Shown: positions 27,384 to 37,734 of the stretch, one piece after another
How the letters are laid out: every line of letters starts with the position of its first letter
Position numbering within the stretch: the stretch's first letter is position 1
From: Nitrospinota bacterium
GTDB taxonomy: Bacteria; Nitrospinota; Nitrospinia; JACRGO01
Assembly (NCBI GenBank): GCA_016212295.1
Contig: JACRGO010000181.1
Span: forward strand, 232 to 64,231
Direction: 5' to 3'
DNA: 64,000 nucleotides
The notes under the pieces: model-generated
Seen by the model: the letters and a program-made list of their open reading frames with translations, nothing else
Databases searched by the model: none
What the model was told of the DNA's origin: nothing
Position numbers and translations under genes: made by a program

Positions 27384-28691
27384 CTATTTCCCGTCCTCCA
27401 GACGCAATGAAAAAGTTTCCTTCTGTATGATATCTAATTTATCGATCTCTTCCAAGGCTTTTCTTATATTTTTTTCCACGGCCGAGTGCGTGGTCATAAC
27501 CACCGGCACGCCGCTACCCTTGTGCCGCTCCTTTTGAATCACGGATGAGATGCTTATATTGTGGCTTCCAAGAATGCCGGAAATTTTTGAAAGCACCCCT
27601 GGTTTGTCGAGGGCCTTGAAGCGGAGGTAGCACTCGGACTCCACCTCATCCATTGGCCGTATGGGGATTTTTTGAATATTTTCTCTTAGCCATGACCGGG
27701 CCGGGAGGCGGTTCTTGGCGCCGCAGAGGATGCCCCTGGCGATCTCTATCACGTCCCCCAGCACCGCGCTGGACGTGGGCAAGGCCCCGGCCCCTTCTCC
27801 AACCAGCAGGGCCGCCCCGACCGCCCTGCCGTGAATTTCTATGGCGTTCGTGGCGCCGTTTACGTTGGCTATGGGATTGGACGCCTGCACCATCGTGGGA
27901 TGGACCCGGATGTCCAGGGAATCCCCGCACCCCTTGGCAATGGCAAGGAGCTTGATCCGGTAACCTAACTGCCTGGCGAAGGCGATGTCCTCGGAGGTTA
28001 TCCTGGAAATTCCCTCCATGTATACCTTGTCTATTGGGATTTCCGTGCCGAAGGCCAGCATGGCCAGGATGGCGATCTTGTGCGCGGAGTCGTGTCCTTC
28101 GATATCGAAGGTGGGGTCCGCCTCCGCGTAACCAAGCCTCTGGGCCTCCTTCAAAGCGGCCTTGAAGTCGCGTCCCTCGTCGGACATCTTGCTGAGGATG
28201 AAATTAGCGGTCCCGTTGACGATCCCGCGTATGGAAAGGATTTCATCTCCCGCGAAACCTTCCTTGATGGCGCGTATTACCGGGATGCCCCCGCCGACGC
28301 TCGCCTCAAAGCCGATGCATACCCCTTTTTTTTCCACGGCGGCGAAGATCTCGTCCCCATGCTTGGCGAGAAGGGCCTTGTTGGCGGTCACGATGTTCTT
28401 TCCGTTCTCGATCCCCTTTAAAATGAATTCCCGCGCCGGATGGTAGCCTCCCATGAGTTCGAGCACGATGTTTATATCAGGGTCATTAAGAATCTCCTCG
28501 GCGTTTGTGGTAAGGATAGAGCGGTCCACCTGGACGCCCCGGTCGCGGCCAAGGTCAAGGTCCGCGATCCTCTTAAACCTGATTTCAGCGCCGACCCGCT
28601 TGGCGATGATATCCCCGTTCATTTGAAGGGTCTTCACCACGCCAGCGCCGACTGTTCCGAATCCTATGAGGCCTATATAGATGGATTTCAT
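27384..28691 (-). CDS. hom: Homoserine dehydrogenase with ACT domain
   Basis: [56 protein letters not shown]. Confidence 0.96.
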   Translation of the reverse strand: MKSIYIGLIGFGTVGAGVVKTLQMNGDIIAKRVGAEIRFKRIADLDLGRDRGVQVDRSILTTNAEEILNDPDINIVLELMGGYHPAREFILKGIENGKNIVTANKALLAKHGDEIFAAVEKKGVCIGFEASVGGGIPVIRAIKEGFAGDEILSIRGIVNGTANFILSKMSDEGRDFKAALKEAQRLGYAEADPTFDIEGHDSAHKIAILAMLAFGTEIPIDKVYMEGISRITSEDIAFARQLGYRIKLLAIAKGCGDSLDIRVHPTMVQASNPIANVNGATNAIEIHGRAVGAALLVGEGAGALPTSSAVLGDVIEIARGILCGAKNRLPARSWLRENIQKIPIRPMDEVESECYLRFKALDKPGVLSKISGILGSHNISISSVIQKERHKGSGVPVVMTTHSAVEKNIRKALEEIDKLDIIQKETFSLRLEDGK

Positions 28692-28753
28692 TACTGTTCC
28701 TTGTATACTAAATACCAAAAAAATTTACCGTCCCTCTTGAGCACCTTGCTGTG

Positions 28754-29461
28754 TTACTTCTTTTCGGATTCGATGTTTTCCGGGACACTAAGAAGCTTCC
28801 CTTCGTTTTCAAGCGTTCGAAGCGAATGAATTTTTTCCTGAACAACCTTGACCAATTTTTTGTCCGCCGACCGAGGTGACGGAATATTAAGATTGGAATT
28901 TTTACGTCTCATGGTCAGATACTTGTCTATAATATCCAGTTCACCCTTTATCTTATCCTGCTTGTTTCGAAACCAGATATCTTTTATTAGCTCTCTGATT
29001 TCCCTAATTATTTCTCCAATGCCTGAAAAGCTGAAATCCCCTGGTGATGCAATGTGAATTCTCCGCACTCTCAATCTGTTTTCATCTGATGTGTACGATT
29101 CGATATCTAAATAGATATCAAAAGCCATTGAAGGCTTCTCGGCTATGTCATGTGCGAATGGAAACGGAAGTGGCGGAGGGTAAGGTAGCATGATCTTCTC
29201 TTCTCGCCACATTTGAATGTAATCGCGCCATATATGATAGAAATCGCGGCTCATGGGATGGTCCATGTATTTGTGCATTCGTTTCATTGATCGTTCCATA
29301 GCTTCAAAATTTTCTTCCTCCCGACGACGTTGAATCTCGACAGCAAGGAAGGCATCGTAGATTTTTGCAGCACTTGACACAAGAGTGAGGACATCGGAAG
29401 CACCCCAATCCCCTTGAGTCCGAAAGTTAATTAAAAGTGATGTTGATTCCGAATTATTCAT
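28754..29461 (-). CDS. Hypothetical protein, AT-richer than its neighbours
   Basis: 235-aa ORF with SD GGAG; contains LRVRRIHIASPG; no recognisable family. Confidence 0.7.
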   Translation of the reverse strand: MNNSESTSLLINFRTQGDWGASDVLTLVSSAAKIYDAFLAVEIQRRREEENFEAMERSMKRMHKYMDHPMSRDFYHIWRDYIQMWREEKIMLPYPPPLPFPFAHDIAEKPSMAFDIYLDIESYTSDENRLRVRRIHIASPGDFSFSGIGEIIREIRELIKDIWFRNKQDKIKGELDIIDKYLTMRRKNSNLNIPSPRSADKKLVKVVQEKIHSLRTLENEGKLLSVPENIESEKK

Positions 29462-29489
29462 CGTTTTTTTTCTCCTTTTTTCAGTACAA

Positions 29490-29563
29490 TCACTGATTTA
29501 GCAGACTACACAGATTTTTCTTTAATGATATTTTAATCCAGGAAATCCGCGCAATCCGTGGCT
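29490..29563. repeat. Degenerate family D palindrome
   Basis: CACTGATTTAGCAGACTACACAGAT...ATCCAGGAAATCCGCGCAATCCGTGGCT. Confidence 0.55.
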
Positions 29564-29579
29564 AAACGCAATTTTTGAA

Positions 29580-29810
29580 CTACAAGCCATTCCATTCATC
29601 ACTGGTAATTTCACGAGTTATTATACTCTCCACCTCCCTAATCATCATCCGGAGCTGCGGAATTGAATATTCGGCGTTGGAGGGAATTGCAATGCGATGT
29701 TGCTCATATACCATAAATTGATGTTTAGCTCCAATGAAAGGCCCATCAAAACCAAGTTTACGCAGATTGCGAATAAAATCCCGGCGTTTACATGGCGTCC
29801 ACTGACTCAC
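29580..29810 (-). CDS. hicA: HicA-family type II toxin
   Basis: RDFIRNLRKLGFDGP...GAKHQFM...IAIPSN; overlaps the upstream antitoxin. Confidence 0.85.
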   Translation of the reverse strand: MSQWTPCKRRDFIRNLRKLGFDGPFIGAKHQFMVYEQHRIAIPSNAEYSIPQLRMMIREVESIITREITSDEWNGL

Positions 29811-30060
29811 GAGCCGGCTCCTTGTTTAAATCAATGCCGCCAATAACCGGCAAGGGATGCCCGAGTTTCAATCCCACAAATATCCAGTCTTCAAGGGTGG
29901 AACGCAGCTCGTTCTGGCACTCACGCAATGTAGCTCCAAAGGCTACTACTCCTTTGCAGGAAGGAATCCGGCCAGCAAATGCGCCGTCTTCAATTTTGTC
30001 ATAGAGGGCTTGCGCCATCGCCTCATCAACATACTCGCTTAGAATATACCGTATGGACAT
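29788..30060 (-). CDS. hicB: HicB-family antitoxin (short form)
   Basis: AGRIPSCKGVVAFGATLRECQNELRSTLEDW...GHPLPVI. Confidence 0.85.
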   Translation of the reverse strand: MSIRYILSEYVDEAMAQALYDKIEDGAFAGRIPSCKGVVAFGATLRECQNELRSTLEDWIFVGLKLGHPLPVIGGIDLNKEPARESVDAM

Positions 30061-30075
30061 TGAGAGCCTCCTATT

Positions 30076-30180
30076 TTAACCTTTTGCAAATTCCTGGCCC
30101 AATCCAGTTTGGCATTCTTCATAATACTCAATTGAAGCATCTAACTCTCTCTTTGCTGAGGTATAAAATGAATACTTCAC
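30076..30180 (-). pseudogene. Truncated RelE/ParE-family toxin (N-terminal 34 codons)
   Basis: GTG at 30180 overlaps the upstream stop (GTGA); translates MKYSFYTSAKRELDASIEYYEECQTGLGQEFAKG*, resembling the ParE-like 'AxxELxxAxxYY...GLGxEF' start. Confidence 0.65.
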
Positions 30181-30404
30181 TTCGAAAACCTGTCGCGAAT
30201 TTCCTTGAAGACGGTTTCTCCTGGAATTGTTTTTGCTCCTCCATTTTTAACCTCATTTACTCGTTTTTCCGCTTCCTCAACCCATAGTTCATCAATATTT
30301 TTTTGATGTGGATGCATGCTGTTAAGAAGCTTTTCTACTAGTTGTGTTTTTATGTCTATTGGTAATTCATCCACCATTAACATGAGTTCGCCACTCTTTA
30401 TCAT
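30177..30404 (-). CDS. Putative addiction-module antitoxin component
   Basis: LPIDIKTQLVEKLLNS...IDELWVEEAEKRVNEVKNG...IPGETVF pattern of addiction-module antitoxins paired with ParE. Confidence 0.8.
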   Translation of the reverse strand: MIKSGELMLMVDELPIDIKTQLVEKLLNSMHPHQKNIDELWVEEAEKRVNEVKNGGAKTIPGETVFKEIRDRFSK

Positions 30405-30423
30405 GAGACTTTCCTCCCGTTCG

Positions 30424-31590
30424 TCACAAAACCTTCTTTATTCCCCGTATCGCCTGCCGGGTGCGGTGTTCGTTTTCCACCAGGGCGAAGCGGACGAACT
30501 CATCGCCCCCTTCGCCAAAACCGATGCCCGGAGACACCGCGACCTTGGCCTCCTTGATCAAAAGCTTGGAAAACTCCAAAGACCCCAACTTTTTGTACGC
30601 TTCGGGAATTTCCGCCCAGACGAACATGGACGCCTTGGGCTTTTCGATTCTCCATCCGATCCGGTTAAGGCCCTCCACCAGCACGTCTCTCCTGGCCCTG
30701 TAATCACCGGTGATCTTCTCGACAACGCTCCGGTCGCTGTTCAGGGCGATGATGGAAGCGATCTGTATGGGCTGGAACATCCCGTAGTCCATATAGCTCT
30801 TCAATCGCTGAAGCGCGAAGATCATGTCCTTGTTTCCAACCGCGAAACCGACCCTCCAGCCAGGCATGTTGTAGCTCTTTGACAGGGTGAAAAATTCCAC
30901 GCCGACGTCCTTCGCCCCCGGGACTTGCAGGAAGCTCGGGGCCTTGTAGCCGTCGAAGACTATGTCCGCGTAGGCGAGATCATGGACCACCATCACGTCG
31001 TTTTCCTTGGCAAAGGCCACCACCTTTTCAAAAAATTCCAGATCAACGCACGCGGTTGTCGGATTGTGGGGAAAATTTAGAAGCAGCAGCTTCGGCCTTG
31101 GCCACAGCCTGTTATGGGTCTGAAGGAGCTTCTCAAAAAAATCGCCGTTTTTCGACAATGGGACATGCGCCACGTCTCCGTTGGCGATGATGACCGCGTA
31201 AGTATGAATGGGGTAGGTGGGGGTCGGGACAAGTACCGTGTCCCCAGGGCCTATGATGGCCAGCATCATGTGGGAAATGCCTTCCTTGGAGCCGATGGTG
31301 GCTATGGCCTCGGTTTCATAATCAAGGTCCACGTTGAAGTTTCTCTTGTACCAATCGGTTATGGCGAGCCGGAGTTTCCTTATGCCCCTGGAGGCCGAAT
31401 ACCTGTGGTTCTTTGGGTCCTTGGCCTTTTCAATCAGTTTGTCAACTATGAAATCCGGGGTGGGCTGGTCCGGATTGCCCATGCCGAAATCTATTATGTC
31501 CTCGCCGCGTCTCCTGGCCTCCTCCTTCAAGGCTACCACTGTGTTAAAGACATAAGGCGGAAGGCGTTTTATCCTGGCGAATTCTTTCAT
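30424..31590 (-). CDS. alaC: Class I/II aminotransferase, AlaC-type alanine transaminase
   Basis: [49 protein letters not shown]; lies upstream of hom-thrC. Confidence 0.9.
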   Translation of the reverse strand: MKEFARIKRLPPYVFNTVVALKEEARRRGEDIIDFGMGNPDQPTPDFIVDKLIEKAKDPKNHRYSASRGIRKLRLAITDWYKRNFNVDLDYETEAIATIGSKEGISHMMLAIIGPGDTVLVPTPTYPIHTYAVIIANGDVAHVPLSKNGDFFEKLLQTHNRLWPRPKLLLLNFPHNPTTACVDLEFFEKVVAFAKENDVMVVHDLAYADIVFDGYKAPSFLQVPGAKDVGVEFFTLSKSYNMPGWRVGFAVGNKDMIFALQRLKSYMDYGMFQPIQIASIIALNSDRSVVEKITGDYRARRDVLVEGLNRIGWRIEKPKASMFVWAEIPEAYKKLGSLEFSKLLIKEAKVAVSPGIGFGEGGDEFVRFALVENEHRTRQAIRGIKKVL

Positions 31591-31631
31591 GATTTTTATC
31601 CTCTTAACCTCTGCGCGGCTGAGTCGCAATT

Positions 31632-31733
31632 AAGTTTGAAGTGCCTAAAGTTAGCTAAAGTGACTAAAGTTAAAAATTAAAACAATTGCTTTTCTACCGC
31701 AACTTTAGCTCACTTGACACTTTAGTCACTTTT
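31632..31733. repeat. Family B palindrome
   Basis: AAGTGCCTAAAGTTAGCTAAAGTGACTAAAGTT...TTCTACCGCAACTTTAGCTCACTTGACACTTTAGTCACTT; inverted relative of 5342-5416. Confidence 0.8.
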
Positions 31734-31737
31734 AAAT

Positions 31738-31904
31738 AGTATAGGAATTTCCATTTTTAATCTTTTAAAATCAAATAGATATATGAGGCACACCCCCCTT
31801 TGATCCCCCCTTGCCAGGGGGGAATTTTTGAAATATTCCCCCTTAAAAAAGGGGGCCAGGGGGATGTCAATTCTTTAAAGCCCGCCCGAAGGGCGTTAAG
31901 TTCA
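31738..31904. repeat. Family C element (about 140 bp) ending in cap motif 2
   Basis: Close copy of 39806-39943; ends ...GGATGTCAATTCTTT then AAAGCCCGCCCGAAGGGCGTTAAGTTCA. Confidence 0.8.
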
Positions 31905-31966
31905 ACCCGGAAAAACTTTGCAAAAAAAAACACGGTTTTATAAGACATATTTTCCGTTGGTTTAAT

Positions 31967-32443
31967 TTAAAAATACTGCATACTAGTCTTCTTGAATTCC
32001 CTTGAGCTGAAAAGGAGCTTATAATCCGTGATCCCGGTGGCCTCGGATATCCTTTCCGCCACCTCAAAGCATTCCTCCTTGGATTGCCCGTGTATCATGG
32101 TAAAAAGGTTAAAGGGCCACCCTTCAAAAGAGGGCCTTTCGTAACAATGGGTGACCTCCTTGAACGTGGCCATGATTTTCCCGACTCTTTCCCTGTCCTC
32201 TTCCGGCACTATCCACACGCCCATGCCGTTGGCGCTGAATCCGGCCTGTCGATGGCGCAAGGTGGCGCCGAATCTCCTGATATAGCCTTTTTCCTTGAAC
32301 AGCCTAGCGCGTTCGATGAGCATTGATTCGGAAATGCCCATCCTTTCCGCGATTTCCCTGAAGGGCCTTTCCGTGAGCGGGATATCTCCCTGCAAATGGC
32401 GGATCAGGCCCTTGTCCGTTTCGTCAAATATCGGTTCCGTCAT
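31967..32443 (-). CDS. ahbB: Siroheme decarboxylase beta subunit (AhbB/NirH-like)
   Basis: LQGDIPLTERPF, IRRFGATLRHRQAGFSANGMGVW, VTHCYERP...WPFNLFTMIHG, REFKKTSM. Confidence 0.9.
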   Translation of the reverse strand: MTEPIFDETDKGLIRHLQGDIPLTERPFREIAERMGISESMLIERARLFKEKGYIRRFGATLRHRQAGFSANGMGVWIVPEEDRERVGKIMATFKEVTHCYERPSFEGWPFNLFTMIHGQSKEECFEVAERISEATGITDYKLLFSSREFKKTSMQYF

Positions 32444-32900
32444 TTCCCGCTCCCTTGAATCTTAAGTTAACAGCTATTTTGAATACCCTGGTGGACGGCA
32501 TTTCCCGGACGTCCAGTATACCGCTCTTTTGGGATATCTCGCCGAGGATCTGGTAAATGCGCTCCCTGGAGGGAGTAATGAGCGTGAACCAGATGTTATA
32601 GGCGTGGTTTCGTAAATAGTTATGGGTCACTTCCGGATACTGGTTAATGATGTCCGCCACCTCGTCCACCCTCTCCTCCGGGACCTTGATGGCGCACAGG
32701 GTGCTTTTGAAGCCGAGTTTCTTGGAGTCGAAACTGGCGCCTATTCTCCGGATAATACCGCTTTCCTTGAGATTTTTGACTCTTTCCAGAGCATCGGCTT
32801 CCTCCAGGCCGAGCTCCTTTCCAAGCTCAAGAAAGGGGCGCTCGGAAATAGGAAATTCCGCCTGTATTTTGTTGAGAATCAATTTGTCTGTATTGTCCAT
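32424..32900 (-). CDS. ahbA: Siroheme decarboxylase alpha subunit (AhbA/NirG-like)
   Basis: IQAEFPISERPF, IRRIGASFDSKKLGFKSTLCA, VTHNYLRNHAYNIWFT; start MDNTDK (32900). Confidence 0.9.
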   Translation of the reverse strand: MDNTDKLILNKIQAEFPISERPFLELGKELGLEEADALERVKNLKESGIIRRIGASFDSKKLGFKSTLCAIKVPEERVDEVADIINQYPEVTHNYLRNHAYNIWFTLITPSRERIYQILGEISQKSGILDVREMPSTRVFKIAVNLRFKGAGNDGTDI

Positions 32901-32994
32901 AACCCATCCATTAAGAGGAAAAGCGCTGCTGATTCGAAAGGCTAAAATTCCGGTGAAACAGAAAAAAAGGAGGGCGGCTTGAGACCTTAAAAAA

Positions 32995-33276
32995 TTAGAA
33001 CCGTGCCGTTTCAATTTTTCTTATAAGATGCTCCAACTTCTCTTCGGCTATACGGTCGGCTCGGGAGTTTCCGTGTTTCAATTCAAAAAGCTCATGGCAA
33101 ATGTTGAGCGCCGCCAACACAGCCAAATGGAGGGAGGAAGCGGTGGGCGCTGTTTCCGCCAATGCCTTTATCTTGGCGTCCAGAAATTCCGCTATTTCCT
33201 TGACATCTATCCCGCCTTCAGGCTGCTTGATTTTATACTTGTTCCCGTAAATTTCCACTTCCACGGCGTGGGACAT
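32995..33276 (-). CDS. zapA: Cell division protein ZapA
   Basis: VEVEIYGNKYKI...IAEFLDAKI...AVLAALNICHEL. Confidence 0.9.
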   Translation of the reverse strand: MSHAVEVEIYGNKYKIKQPEGGIDVKEIAEFLDAKIKALAETAPTASSLHLAVLAALNICHELFELKHGNSRADRIAEEKLEHLIRKIETARF

Positions 33277-33554
33277 TAGTTAAAATCAATGCCTTCCAGT
33301 TTTTGAAGAATGGCTTCTATAGAGGACCTTGCCGCGGTCCTGCCTTCACGCAAGACCCTGTTTTCCTCTTTCAAGGATTCAACTGATTGGGCGCCATCCC
33401 TGAGCCGGTCCGCCTCGTCCTTTTGGCCCCGCAGTTCCGATTCAAGGGAACGGACCCTTTCCTCCAATTGCCTCTTTTCCTCCTTCAAGGCCGCGAAGCG
33501 TTCGAGTAATTGGCCTATTTTCGATTCCACAAGGGAAATTTTTTCTATATCCAT
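33276..33554 (-). CDS. zapB: ZapB-like coiled-coil cell division protein
   Basis: Continuous coiled coil, coupled to zapA by an overlapping stop/start. Confidence 0.75.
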   Translation of the reverse strand: MDIEKISLVESKIGQLLERFAALKEEKRQLEERVRSLESELRGQKDEADRLRDGAQSVESLKEENRVLREGRTAARSSIEAILQKLEGIDFN

Positions 33555-33660
33555 AGTGAAAAAATATTAACACAATTATTGAATTAATGGCAAACGCAAA
33601 AGTATATGGCCCTCCTCAAGGGAAATTGACAACCTCTCCGGCGGCGGTTATTATAAAAAA

Positions 33661-33918
33661 ATGAGGAACCTGATTATTATAGCCCTGGTTGTCATCGGCT
33701 ACTTCCAGCTTAAAAGGCTTTTATGGGAAAGCCCCCCCTTGAAAAGGGAGAAGAGAGCGAAGGAAGTCGCGGATGAGATGGTGCAGGACCCTGCCTGCGG
33801 GGTCTATGTGCCAATGAGAAACGCCGTCCCAAGGACCATTTCAGGGCATGAGTTTTTCTTTTGCGGGAGCAGGTGCGCCGAGGATTACGAGCGCAAGATC
33901 GCCTCGCGGAATGCGTGA
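33661..33918 (+). CDS. Small membrane-anchored YHS/TRASH-domain protein
   Basis: N-terminal TM, EMVQDPACGVYVP...FFFCGSRC. Confidence 0.8.
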   Translation: MRNLIIIALVVIGYFQLKRLLWESPPLKREKRAKEVADEMVQDPACGVYVPMRNAVPRTISGHEFFFCGSRCAEDYERKIASRNA

Positions 33919-33925
33919 GTGAAAC

Positions 33926-34098
33926 GAAATTCCAAATCTCAATTGTCAAATAACAAATAAATCTCAATAACCAAAATTACAAAAAATAAACAAGGAAAAG
34001 GAATTGTTTTGAACATTCGGTAATTGTAATTTATTTGGAATTTGCTATTTGTCATTTGGAATTTTGTTTTCCTTTTGGCTGCGGAGAAGCCGCGCCAT
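33926..34098. repeat. Family E heptamer palindrome ending in cap motif 1
   Basis: AAATTCCAAATCTCAATTGTCAAATAACAAAT...ATTTGGAATTTGCTATTTGTCATTTGGAATTT, then TTTTGGCTGCGGAGAAGCCGCGCCAT (34073-34098). Confidence 0.75.
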
Positions 34099-34128
34099 CT
34101 GATATTAACAACTCAAGAAGGAATCGAC

Positions 34129-34356
34129 ATGCCTATTTACGAATTTGTTTGCGAGTCTTGCGGCCATCCCTTTGAGGCCATTGTTCCGAATTTTTCCTCA
34201 ACCGCGCCGTGCCCTTCGTGCAAGGGCAGGGAAGTGAAAAAGCAGTTGTCCGTGTTCGCGGCCCACACCAACCCTGGAGGGGAAGCGCCATGCCAGACCC
34301 CGGCGTGCGGATATAAAAGCGGGGCCTGCGGCTCCGGCATGTGCGGCGTGAATTGA
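34129..34356 (+). CDS. FmdB-family zinc-ribbon protein
   Basis: MPIYEFVCESCG...CPSCKG, Cys/Gly-rich tail; SD AAGGA. Confidence 0.85.
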   Translation: MPIYEFVCESCGHPFEAIVPNFSSTAPCPSCKGREVKKQLSVFAAHTNPGGEAPCQTPACGYKSGACGSGMCGVN

Positions 34357-34376
34357 TTTTAAGGAGGCCTTTAAAA

Positions 34377-34592
34377 ATGTATGCTGTCGAATTCAGAACA
34401 AAAATTAAAAATGGAATTATTTATATTCCAAAAGAATATAGAGATAAGTTGCAAGAGAATGTGAAAGTAATTGTATTAAAAGATGAAGAAGAGGGGAAAA
34501 ACGCAAATATGATTGACCAGCTTCTCGAAGCCCCTCTTAAGATGAATAATTTCAGGCCACTTTCAAGAGAAGAGATATATGGGCGTAATTAA
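34377..34592 (+). CDS. Putative antitoxin partner of the PIN toxin
   Basis: MYAVEFRTKIKNGIIYIP...VKVIVL...PLSREEIY; SD AGGAGG; overlaps the PIN gene. Confidence 0.7.
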   Translation: MYAVEFRTKIKNGIIYIPKEYRDKLQENVKVIVLKDEEEGKNANMIDQLLEAPLKMNNFRPLSREEIYGRN

Positions 34593-35016
34593 GCAAAAAA
34601 CCCAATGCTTTGTGGATACAAATATATGGCTTTACTCATTTATAGAGACTGATGAAGCAGAAAAAACAAAAATCGCTAAATCCATTATTCGAGATAATGA
34701 GGTTTTTATTTCGTCCCAGGTTGTAAATGAGACGTGTGTAAACCTTTTGAGGAATGCACGGTTTTCAGAAGAAAATATCCAACTGCTTATTACATCGTTC
34801 TATCATAAGTATACGGTTTTAAAAATTAGCAAGGGTATATTGTTTCATGCATCTAAATTGCGAGGGCACTATAATTTGTCATTTTGGGATAGTATTGTTG
34901 TGGCAAGCGCCCTGGACTCTAATTGCCGTTACCTTTATTCCGAAGATATGCAAAATGGGTTAATCGTTGAGGAAAAAATGACAATCGTAAATCCCTTTAA
35001 AGAAAATAAAACATGA
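34579..35016 (+). CDS. PIN-domain (VapC-like) toxin
   Basis: FVDTNIWLY, SSQVVNE, LSFWDSIVVASAL, LYSEDMQ. Confidence 0.88.
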   Translation: MGVIKQKTQCFVDTNIWLYSFIETDEAEKTKIAKSIIRDNEVFISSQVVNETCVNLLRNARFSEENIQLLITSFYHKYTVLKISKGILFHASKLRGHYNLSFWDSIVVASALDSNCRYLYSEDMQNGLIVEEKMTIVNPFKENKT

Positions 35017-35031
35017 CGCGGCTTTCCATTT

Positions 35032-35715
35032 TCAAGCCTGATTTTCCTGTTTCAGGTAATCCTCAAGTCTATGCCGCACTATTTCCCCCTCGGCCATGAA
35101 TATGATATCTTCCGCGATATTGGTGGCCAGGTCCGCGATCCTTTCCAGATGGCGCGAGGCGGAGAGGGTATGGATGGCCCTTTGAATGGTGTCAGGGTCT
35201 TCCCGCATCAGGTCCTGCAACGCCACGTACATTTCCTTATTCATTTCATCCACCGCGTCATCCTCTCGCCAAACCTTCCTGGCAAGGGCCGTGTCTGAGT
35301 TGACCAAGGCGTTAAGGCTTTCATGGACCATGGCCTGGACCCTTTCCATCATTTTTGAAAAATTAAGCGGCGCCCGGATGGGGGGCTGAGTGGATAGATA
35401 AACGCCCCGTTCCGCTATGTTCACAGCCAAGTCGCCCATCCTCTCAAGGTCGTTATTTACCTTCATCACTGTGATGATAAAGCGAAGGTCCTCGGCCACA
35501 GGCTGGTGCAGGGCAAGGACCTTGAGGCATTCCTCCTGAATCTCGTTTTCCTTGGCGTCGATTTCGTCGTCCCCCTTCATCACATCCTCTGCCCATTCAG
35601 TGTTTCTCGCGACCAGGGAGTTGATGGCCTTGTTAATGGCCCCCTCCACCATTGACCCCATGTACAGCATTTCTTTTTTCAAATTTTCCAAATCCCGTCT
35701 AAGGTGTTTGGGCAT
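35032..35715 (-). CDS. phoU: Phosphate signalling protein PhoU
   Basis: DDEIDAKE, ALHQPVAEDLR, DLERMGDLAVNIA, LERIADLATNIAE. Confidence 0.96.
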   Translation of the reverse strand: MPKHLRRDLENLKKEMLYMGSMVEGAINKAINSLVARNTEWAEDVMKGDDEIDAKENEIQEECLKVLALHQPVAEDLRFIITVMKVNNDLERMGDLAVNIAERGVYLSTQPPIRAPLNFSKMMERVQAMVHESLNALVNSDTALARKVWREDDAVDEMNKEMYVALQDLMREDPDTIQRAIHTLSASRHLERIADLATNIAEDIIFMAEGEIVRHRLEDYLKQENQA

Positions 35716-35768
35716 TTTTTTTCTCCTGAAAAATCATGGCGCTTTTTAAAAAGCGTTAACTATGTTTG

Positions 35769-35928
35769 TAATAGTTCACCGCGGAGACGCAGACGCGGAG
35801 AAAATTTAGAGTCTATTTGTAATACGCTCGATTCCATCTCTTAGGAAGGCTATAGGCTGAAGGAAAGAAATAATTTTTTTCTTTAATTTACATACTCAGC
35901 GCCTTTGCGTCTCCGCGGTGAACTATTA
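35769..35928. repeat. Family A palindrome between pstB and phoU
   Basis: Perfect 23-bp arms TAATAGTTCACCGCGGAGACGCA / TGCGTCTCCGCGGTGAACTATTA. Confidence 0.85.
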
Positions 35929-35936
35929 TCTATATT

Positions 35937-36701
35937 TTACCCGAATCTCCCGGTCACGTAGTCTCCGGTCTTTTTCTTCTTTGGACGGGTGAACACTTGC
36001 GTCGTCTCCCCGAACTCCACCAATTCACCGCCGTCCAGGAACACGGTAAAGTCAGACACCCTGGACGCCTGCTGCATGTTGTGGGTGACGATCACGATGG
36101 TATATTGCTCCTTCAACTCGAAGAGAAGGTCCTCTATTTTGGATGTGGAAACAGGGTCCAGGGCGGAGCATGGCTCGTCCATTAGAATGATCTCAGGCTG
36201 CATCGCCAGGGTCCTGGCTATGCAAAGCCTTTGCTGCTGTCCTCCGGAAAGGGCCAGGGCCGACCCGTTCAGCCGGTCCTTGACCTCCTTCCAAAGCGCC
36301 GCCTTTTGAAGGGAGGTCTCCACCAGTTCCTGAAGATTTTCCGTGTTTCCGTGAATTGAAGGTCCCCATGAAACGTTCCTGAAAATCGACTTGGGAAAGG
36401 GATTGGGCTTCTGGAAGACCATGCCGATTCTGCGCCGCACCTCAACCGGGTCGACTTCCGCGCCGTATAAGTCTATGCCCCTGAAAAGGATCTTGCCGTC
36501 CATGCTGACGTTCTCTATGAAATCATTCATCCGGTTAAAGGCCCTGAGCAGGGTGCTTTTCCCGCAGCCTGAAGGCCCGATAATGGCCGTGATTTTCCTG
36601 TCGGCTATGCTTAAGCTGACGTCTTTAACCGCGGAGGAGTCTCCATAGCGAATCGTCAGATTTCGCGTCTCCAGAGTCGGCGTGGAAGGAGTGTTTACCA
36701 T
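35937..36701 (-). CDS. pstB: Phosphate ABC transporter ATPase
   Basis: [52 protein letters not shown]; start MVNTPS (36701). Confidence 0.96.
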   Translation of the reverse strand: MVNTPSTPTLETRNLTIRYGDSSAVKDVSLSIADRKITAIIGPSGCGKSTLLRAFNRMNDFIENVSMDGKILFRGIDLYGAEVDPVEVRRRIGMVFQKPNPFPKSIFRNVSWGPSIHGNTENLQELVETSLQKAALWKEVKDRLNGSALALSGGQQQRLCIARTLAMQPEIILMDEPCSALDPVSTSKIEDLLFELKEQYTIVIVTHNMQQASRVSDFTVFLDGGELVEFGETTQVFTRPKKKKTGDYVTGRFG

Positions 36702-37555
36702 TTCTTGTCCCTCAGCGAACGATGTCTGATAAGAATGGCCGAGCCGTTCATGATGATAAGGACCGCGAGAAGCACTATTATACCGGCGGCGGCCAATTGA
36801 TGAAATTCCTCTTGGGGACGCGAGGCCCAGTTGAAGATCTGGATAGGCAAGGCGGTAAAGGCGTCCATCGGCCCCTCCGGCGTAAAGGCCACGTAGGTCA
36901 GGGCCCCCAGCATGACCAGAGGGGCGGTCTCGCCCATTGCCCGGGACAGCGCTAAAATGAACCCGGTGAGAATTCCAGGCAGCGCCGTGGGAAGAACATG
37001 GTGCCGTATGGTTTGCCATCGCGTCGCGCCCAGGGCAAAGGCCGCCTGCCTTAGAGACGTCGGCACCGCGCGTATCGCCTCCCTGGAGGAGATTATTATG
37101 ACGGGAAGGACCAGCAGGCTGAGGGTAAGGCTCCCGGCCAGCACGCTGCGGCCTAAAGCCAGGCCCCGGACAAAGATGGCCAGGCCGAGGATGCCGTAAA
37201 CTATGGAAGGGACCCCCGCCAGGTTCGCGATATTGATCTCAATAAGCGTGCTAAGGCGTCCGGGCTTGGCGTATTCCTCCAGATAAATAGCGGCGGCCAC
37301 GCCCAATGGAATGGAAAAAAACGCGGAAAAGGAAATGAGCCATACCGTGCCCCACAGGGCGGATTTGATCCCTGCCTTTGCCGGAAAGCGTGAGGGAAAA
37401 TTATCAAGGAACTGCCAACTCAGCCAGGGCAGCCCTTCTATGGTCACATGGTAGAGCATGACGGCAAGGAGAAGGACGCAAATCCATGTCATTGACATGC
37501 AGGTGATTTTAAACGCGCTTGCTATAAATTTTCGTTTTTTAAGATTGGAGGACAT
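36695..37555 (-). CDS. pstA: Phosphate ABC transporter permease PstA
   Basis: [29 protein letters not shown]; start MSSNLK. Confidence 0.95.
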   Translation of the reverse strand: MSSNLKKRKFIASAFKITCMSMTWICVLLLAVMLYHVTIEGLPWLSWQFLDNFPSRFPAKAGIKSALWGTVWLISFSAFFSIPLGVAAAIYLEEYAKPGRLSTLIEINIANLAGVPSIVYGILGLAIFVRGLALGRSVLAGSLTLSLLVLPVIIISSREAIRAVPTSLRQAAFALGATRWQTIRHHVLPTALPGILTGFILALSRAMGETAPLVMLGALTYVAFTPEGPMDAFTALPIQIFNWASRPQEEFHQLAAAGIIVLLAVLIIMNGSAILIRHRSLRDKKW

Positions 37556-37612
37556 AAGTAATTTTTTCGGAATTTTAAAGTTTTCATTACAAATCAATGG
37601 AATTGCTGTGCG

Positions 37613-37729
37613 AGTGACTAAAGTGAGCTAAAGTTTAAAGTGACTAAAGTTGTGGAAGTTCTTTTTTACTATAAACAAGAAACCTACCACAACTTTAGTC
37701 ACTTTAAACTTTAGCTCACTTTACACTTT
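37613..37729. repeat. Family B palindrome between pstC and pstA
   Basis: Perfect 37-bp inverted arms 37619-37655 / 37687-37723 (TAAAGTGAGCTAAAGTTTAAAGTGACTAAAGTTGTGG). Confidence 0.88.
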
Positions 37730-37734
37730 ATTAC

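Noticed and set aside
32901-32994. 6S RNA, commonly downstream of zapA
   Set aside because: Only about 95 bp separate zapA and ahbA, too short, and no long rod-like complementarity seen.
36702-37019. 106-aa N-terminal extension of PstB
   Set aside because: Alternative frame of pstA; the real start is the ATG at 36701 overlapping the pstA end.
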